DNA from: an uncultured Duodenibacillus sp.
GTDB taxonomy: Bacteria > Pseudomonadota > Gammaproteobacteria > Burkholderiales > Burkholderiaceae_F
NCBI GenBank assembly: GCA_944390715.1
Contig: CALXQS010000007.1
Location: 21,467-85,466 of the forward strand
DNA length: 64,000 nt
Reading direction: 5' to 3'
This document shows, piece by piece, positions 59,706 to 64,000 of this stretch (position 1 is its first letter; every line of letters starts with the position of its first letter). Made by a program: the position numbers and the translations under genes. Below the pieces are notes generated by a model that was not told the origin of the DNA, did not search any database, and worked only from the letters and a program-made list of their open reading frames with translations.

Positions 59706-60794
59706 ATGTCGAAGAAATTTTTGACAATGGCTTGCTGCGCTGTCTTGACAGCTTTCTTTTCTCTGTCAGCGCAGGCAATTGAGGTAAAGGGGCAGGTGTC
59801 ATATCCCTACAAGGGAAAGATTTTCAGCAGCAAGCCTTCGGACAAGGACAAAATGGAGGCAATTAAGCAGGCGAAATTGGCTGCGCTCAAAAAGTTTTCT
59901 ACTGGATTCAGCATTTCTGAACAGAAGCTTTATGCGGGCATGGAAAGTGATGTTCAGGCAAATCTGGACAAATATATTTCCAATTATCGAGTGGTTGCAG
60001 AAGAGGTTGACACAAATCTGAAGACTCTCAATTTGGTCGTGCGTGTGGACATCAACGATTCTTTGCTGCTGTCTGAAATGCATAAGAATTCACCGCAGCA
60101 GCCGGCTGTTCAGGGCGACGGCAGCTTGTTTGCCTCTCTGTTCGTTGCTAGAGAAATTTCTGAAAGCAAGATTTTCGATGAACGGCGCACCACAATCACC
60201 CAAAAGAGCTCAGCGGCATCTACGACACGCGAAGCATCTGCTGGTTCAGTGAATGAATCTGCACAAACAACAGAAAAAGCAACAACCGGCGGCAATACGA
60301 TAAGAAAAAGCGCGGTCAACAAGTATCGTGAATTGGCAACGACAGACTTTAACGCAGCATTCAGTACAGTGCTGACTCAGCTGGGGTTCGAAGCCACAGA
60401 ATATGCCGATGTCCACGAGAACTGCGGGGGACCGAAGCCGGAGGCTCTCAAGGCAGCATTCATGAAGGGAGATGAGATACCCTCCAAATTGAGAAATCAG
60501 GCTATCAGAGCCGCACGATCTTGCGACGTGCGATATTTTGCTACTGGGTATATGAACGTATCGGCACCCCAGAAGGACTCTGTTTCGGGAAAAATCAAAG
60601 TGATGGTGGCCGTAAACGGAATGGTTTGGGATATTTCGAAAAAGTTGCCTCGCAAGGTCGGCTCTGTCGGTCCCGTGCAGGCCTTCGGTCTTGCTGACGA
60701 TCAGGATTCTGCGAGAAGAGAGGCTTTAAGACACGCAGCTTCGGCAGCAGGGCAGGCGATCGCTAACCAGCTGGCCAGCAAAAGCATCCGTTAG
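59706..60794 (+). CDS. Uncharacterised exported protein, 362 aa (possible LPP20/FlgT-N-like N-domain)
   Basis: Signal peptide ending AQA; strong SD; EAIKQAKLAAL helix followed by a beta-hairpin. Confidence 0.75.
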   Translation: MSKKFLTMACCAVLTAFFSLSAQAIEVKGQVSYPYKGKIFSSKPSDKDKMEAIKQAKLAALKKFSTGFSISEQKLYAGMESDVQANLDKYISNYRVVAEEVDTNLKTLNLVVRVDINDSLLLSEMHKNSPQQPAVQGDGSLFASLFVAREISESKIFDERRTTITQKSSAASTTREASAGSVNESAQTTEKATTGGNTIRKSAVNKYRELATTDFNAAFSTVLTQLGFEATEYADVHENCGGPKPEALKAAFMKGDEIPSKLRNQAIRAARSCDVRYFATGYMNVSAPQKDSVSGKIKVMVAVNGMVWDISKKLPRKVGSVGPVQAFGLADDQDSARREALRHAASAAGQAIANQLASKSIR

Positions 60795-60895
60795 GCTTTA
60801 CGTGAATTTTGTTGCGAATTCGAGCAAAGGGTTGGGTCTCGGAGTCGCCGTAAATTGAACATCCAACCCCATGCATTAGGAAAGGATCATTAAAA

Positions 60896-61576
60896 ATGTT
60901 AAGAAGAAATCTCGTGGCGGGCGCAATCACAGCTTTGATGGTAAGTCCTGCATTTGCCTTCCTTGACAAGGTTGGTCTGGGCGGCGGCAATTCCGGCAAG
61001 GCTGTCGATGCTGACAGCTTCAACAAATCTAGAACAGATCTGGAGAAGAAATACATTCTTGCTGCTGCCGCGGTTCTGGCCTCGCAAATTGATTTGGCGC
61101 AAGCGCTGAATGTCAAAGCTGATATTGCGCAGGCCGAGGAGCTCAATAAGGTTCTCAAGGGCGGCAATTTGTCAAGCGATACAGTGGAGAAGGTTTCGTC
61201 GACCAGCAAGACTCTCAATGAGCAGCTCAAGAAGGGAATGGAAGAGACCGACAAGCTCAGTGCAAAGCAAAAGAAGCTTGTTGGAAGCGGCCTTGTGAAA
61301 TACGCTGCAGGCGTTGCAATGACTGCAGCACTCGGCATCGAAGCAAAGCACGTGGCAGAGTCGGCGACAGATGTTTTGAAGAGTGCCAATCCGATTTCCA
61401 AGGTCAAGCTTGCCTCCGAACTCGGTGCTTGTCTTGCCATCGGCAAGGAACTTCCTTCGCATGCGAAGAATTTGGTGACCGGCGGAAATCAAATGGTTCA
61501 AATCGCGACCAAGAAGGGCGTGAGCACCAAAGGCGCGAAGAAGAAGCTGGCAGAAGCCGCAAATTTTGATTTCTAA
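60896..61576 (+). CDS. Uncharacterised exported alpha-helical protein, 226 aa
   Basis: Signal peptide ending AFA; Ala/Lys/Leu-rich amphipathic helices; AGGA-type SD. Confidence 0.8.
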   Translation: MLRRNLVAGAITALMVSPAFAFLDKVGLGGGNSGKAVDADSFNKSRTDLEKKYILAAAAVLASQIDLAQALNVKADIAQAEELNKVLKGGNLSSDTVEKVSSTSKTLNEQLKKGMEETDKLSAKQKKLVGSGLVKYAAGVAMTAALGIEAKHVAESATDVLKSANPISKVKLASELGACLAIGKELPSHAKNLVTGGNQMVQIATKKGVSTKGAKKKLAEAANFDF

Positions 61577-61661
61577 GAAATTTAAAGTTTGAAGGGATCC
61601 GGCAAGGGATATCAGAGAGGACTTCTTTTGCCGGCATCTCTTTTCCTGAGTCTGATTTGTT

Positions 61662-62912
61662 ATGCGAAATATTTTCAAGCTCTTGGCGCTGTTGTTTTTC
61701 TGGCTGGGAACGCAGAACGCTGTTATGGCGAAAGCTGTTGTCGTCACTTCAGAGGGAACGGGCAGCACTTTTGAGGAAGCGAGAACGTCTGCTTTGCAAG
61801 ATGCGATTATGCAGGTTACAGGCGTGACCTTGGATGCCAGGACTGTTCAGCAGCTGACTCATCAAACGCAGTCTTCCGTTGATAACGGCTCTCAACATCA
61901 GCAAACCTTCACAGAATCCTCTCTTTCTAAAGAGGTCAGAGAAAAACTAAGAGGGTACGTAAATTCGTACCAACTTTTGGATCGACAGCAGCTTGCGGAC
62001 GGCAGACTTCAAGTACGCTTGAAAGTGTCGATAGAAAAGTGGGAATTGAATGTTCCGGCAAACGACAGAAGAACCTTGACAGTGCAGGCTTTTGACGCAT
62101 CAACGGGCGTGTGCTTCAACAATAAGCTGGATGCGGAAGCGATTTCGACTGCCGCTGTTGATGCAATTCAGTCTGCTCTTACTTCCACCAGAAAATTCGC
62201 TGTTTTGGATCGCGACGGGGAAGCCTACGCCGCAGAAAGAGAGTTTTTGACGAAGAACCCGGATGTTAGACCGCAGGAATTGGCCCGCATAGGCAATCTC
62301 AAGGGGTCAGACTATATTCTTTCAGGAAAGGTTCGAAACTTAATCATAGGGCAGACGAAGAATAAGAGTTCTTTAAATAATACGGTGTTCGTGGATAGGT
62401 ATGCACGAGCAGATATTCTTTTCAACGTGATGTTGTTTGCCAATGGTCAGGTTCAGCTTTCAGCGCCAGTAAAGGTAAATATCAGATCTGGGCTTGCAGG
62501 AAAAACATGCGGAGAAATATTGACCGCTCTTATGGAAAATGGCGCCAAGCAAATAGCCGAACAAACTGTCGCTACGATTTTCCCTCCCCGCGTAATTGAG
62601 GTTAATGGACAGGATATTCTCGTAAATTATGGAAGTCCAAATTTCAAAGTGGGACAGACTTACAATATCTATGCTGCCGGGAAAATTATTTATGACCCGT
62701 ATACAAAAGAGCAGCTTGGCCGTTCGGAAGAACTCATAGGTCAAGTCACGGCGGTAGATGTAAAGCCGAAATTTTCGATTCTGCGCATGAAGCAGGCTCA
62801 GTTAACGACAAAGGTTCAGCCTGGAGCGATCGTGCGGCCATTGCAAAAGTCGACTAGCACGACGAAGGCAAAGGCCAAGCGCCGAAAGGTGGTGTCGGAT
62901 GATGAATGGTAG
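61662..62912 (+). CDS. FlgT-like / CsgG-HfaB-fold exported protein, 416 aa
   Basis: N-domain VVVTSEGTG..EEARTSALQDAIMQVTG; middle domain KFAVLDR..SDYILSG; C-domain VIEVNGQDILVNYG..DPYTKEQLG..GQVTAVDV..KFS. Confidence 0.65.
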   Translation: MRNIFKLLALLFFWLGTQNAVMAKAVVVTSEGTGSTFEEARTSALQDAIMQVTGVTLDARTVQQLTHQTQSSVDNGSQHQQTFTESSLSKEVREKLRGYVNSYQLLDRQQLADGRLQVRLKVSIEKWELNVPANDRRTLTVQAFDASTGVCFNNKLDAEAISTAAVDAIQSALTSTRKFAVLDRDGEAYAAEREFLTKNPDVRPQELARIGNLKGSDYILSGKVRNLIIGQTKNKSSLNNTVFVDRYARADILFNVMLFANGQVQLSAPVKVNIRSGLAGKTCGEILTALMENGAKQIAEQTVATIFPPRVIEVNGQDILVNYGSPNFKVGQTYNIYAAGKIIYDPYTKEQLGRSEELIGQVTAVDVKPKFSILRMKQAQLTTKVQPGAIVRPLQKSTSTTKAKAKRRKVVSDDEW

Positions 62913-62969
62913 ACCATTGGTCTGGGTTCTTTCTTGAGACAGCAAGCAAGGAAACAACAAGAATCGACC

Positions 62970-64000
62970 ATGAAACGGTATACAGACGTGCTGCTTTTGA
63001 TCTTTGCCTTTGTTTTGTTTGGCACTCAAGCTGTCTATGCTGATGGAATGTCGAGTGCCATACAAGCTTCAAGGGTATGGAAAAGCATCCAGAATCAAGC
63101 AATAGAGACAGGGGTTTACCGGCAGGCAGGCTACGTCTTCGCATACGTGGTCAAGAAAGTCGACGATCCCGCAACTTTGAGGGTCCAAGAACTTCAGGCA
63201 CAGCGCGAAGCGGGAATGCTGCTGTTTCGTGAATCGGCTCGAGAAGCGGCTTCGCGCGTGCCTCAGAAAGATGTTCCCTATCTGGGCTTTGCGACCGGAA
63301 AGCTCAAAGTTTCGGGGCACGTGCTGCTGAACGATTACGATGGGCATTATGTTCGGTATGTGTTCGCAGTTCGGCAAGAAGATTTTGATGCTGCCGGTGC
63401 AGGCCAAGATGTCTCGCTCCTAGCAAAACAAGGCAGGGAATCGTTGTTGAGCGATCCGAGTCCGCACGTTGCGGCTTTGTGGAAGGCTGGGGAGAAAGAA
63501 CTTGCATTGCTTTCGTTTTTGCGTTCGCTGCCGTTGGGGATTGCAAATATTTCCCCTGAACCCATGTCAGTCCGAAAGTCGCTGCCTGTTTTGCAGAAGA
63601 GTTGGAGCTTGATGGACAAGGCGGCAGGAGTTGTCGGCGAACAGAAACCGGTTGGGAAGCTTGCGGCCAATGCTCTCAGATGTCTTGAGTCCCCATCTGC
63701 TTTTAATCGAGAGTTGAAAAACGAGGGCGTTGCGGCCGGCAGACTTGGGACGCCGTTTGCTTTTGGAGTGACAGCCAGAGTTGAGGCCTGCCATGGTTTT
63801 GTCAGAATGTCTGGCTCTATGCCTCGGACTGAACCTCCTGTCATGGAGCGCGTGAAAAAGTTGTTTGCAGAAGGACGAGATCTTGATCTTGCAATCGAAT
63901 TGCTTTTCTCTGCGGCCGAGCAGGCTCCCGCATCTCCTGTTGTATGGGAGTACTTATATGCTGCTTTGTCGACAGCCGGGCGCACGGAAGAGGCGCATAC
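62970..64000 (+). CDS. Exported protein with TPR-like segment (runs off the window edge; absent from ORF track)
   Basis: Manual translation is open for 343 codons from ATG 62970: MKRYTDVLLLIFAFVLFGTQAVYA signal ... AIELLFSAAEQAPASPVVWEYLYAALSTAGRTEEA. Confidence 0.75.
   Translation, partial: MKRYTDVLLLIFAFVLFGTQAVYADGMSSAIQASRVWKSIQNQAIETGVYRQAGYVFAYVVKKVDDPATLRVQELQAQREAGMLLFRESAREAASRVPQKDVPYLGFATGKLKVSGHVLLNDYDGHYVRYVFAVRQEDFDAAGAGQDVSLLAKQGRESLLSDPSPHVAALWKAGEKELALLSFLRSLPLGIANISPEPMSVRKSLPVLQKSWSLMDKAAGVVGEQKPVGKLAANALRCLESPSAFNRELKNEGVAAGRLGTPFAFGVTARVEACHGFVRMSGSMPRTEPPVMERVKKLFAEGRDLDLAIELLFSAAEQAPASPVVWEYLYAALSTAGRTEEAH

Larger units (their letters stand above)
57910..64000 (+). other. 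Compositionally distinct accessory region (candidate islet) encoding exported proteins
   Basis: AT-rich ~560-nt leader; spot counts of 21/60, 23/60 and 22/60 G+C in lines 58681, 59941 and 62341 (other lines reach 31-35/60); no recognised core genes. Confidence 0.55.

Overview
Bacterial chromosomal window, moderately GC-rich. It most likely comes from a gut anaerobic Betaproteobacterium of the Sutterellaceae; this is inferred from betaproteobacterial synteny (dusB-fis-purH, hemA-prfA-prmC, lptD-surA-pdxA-rsmA, yicC/rph-rdgB-hemW) and the exported flavocytochrome-type reductases. The left part (1-28.3 kb) is mostly accessory and metabolic: sbcCD, a SauUSI-like PLD-helicase-DUF3427 nuclease with a Nudix partner, two LysR-paired exported flavin reductases with non-fumarate active sites, an isolated LeuCD pair, transporters, a guanidine-II riboswitch in front of gdx, an adenylosuccinate-lyase-like enzyme, and an AraC with tandem aldo-keto reductases next to tRNA-Thr. 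The middle part (28.7-57.6 kb) is core housekeeping genes with tRNA-Thr and tRNA-Phe. The right end (about 57.9-64 kb) looks more AT-rich and holds at least five co-oriented genes that all encode exported proteins: one lipoprotein, two with FlgT/CsgG/LPP20-like features, an all-helical candidate major subunit flanked by mRNA stem-loops, and a TPR-like protein truncated by the window edge. This is the best candidate for an undescribed envelope or secretion system. No CRISPR array, IS, integrase or rRNA was recognised. All family assignments come from motif recognition by eye, not database searches.
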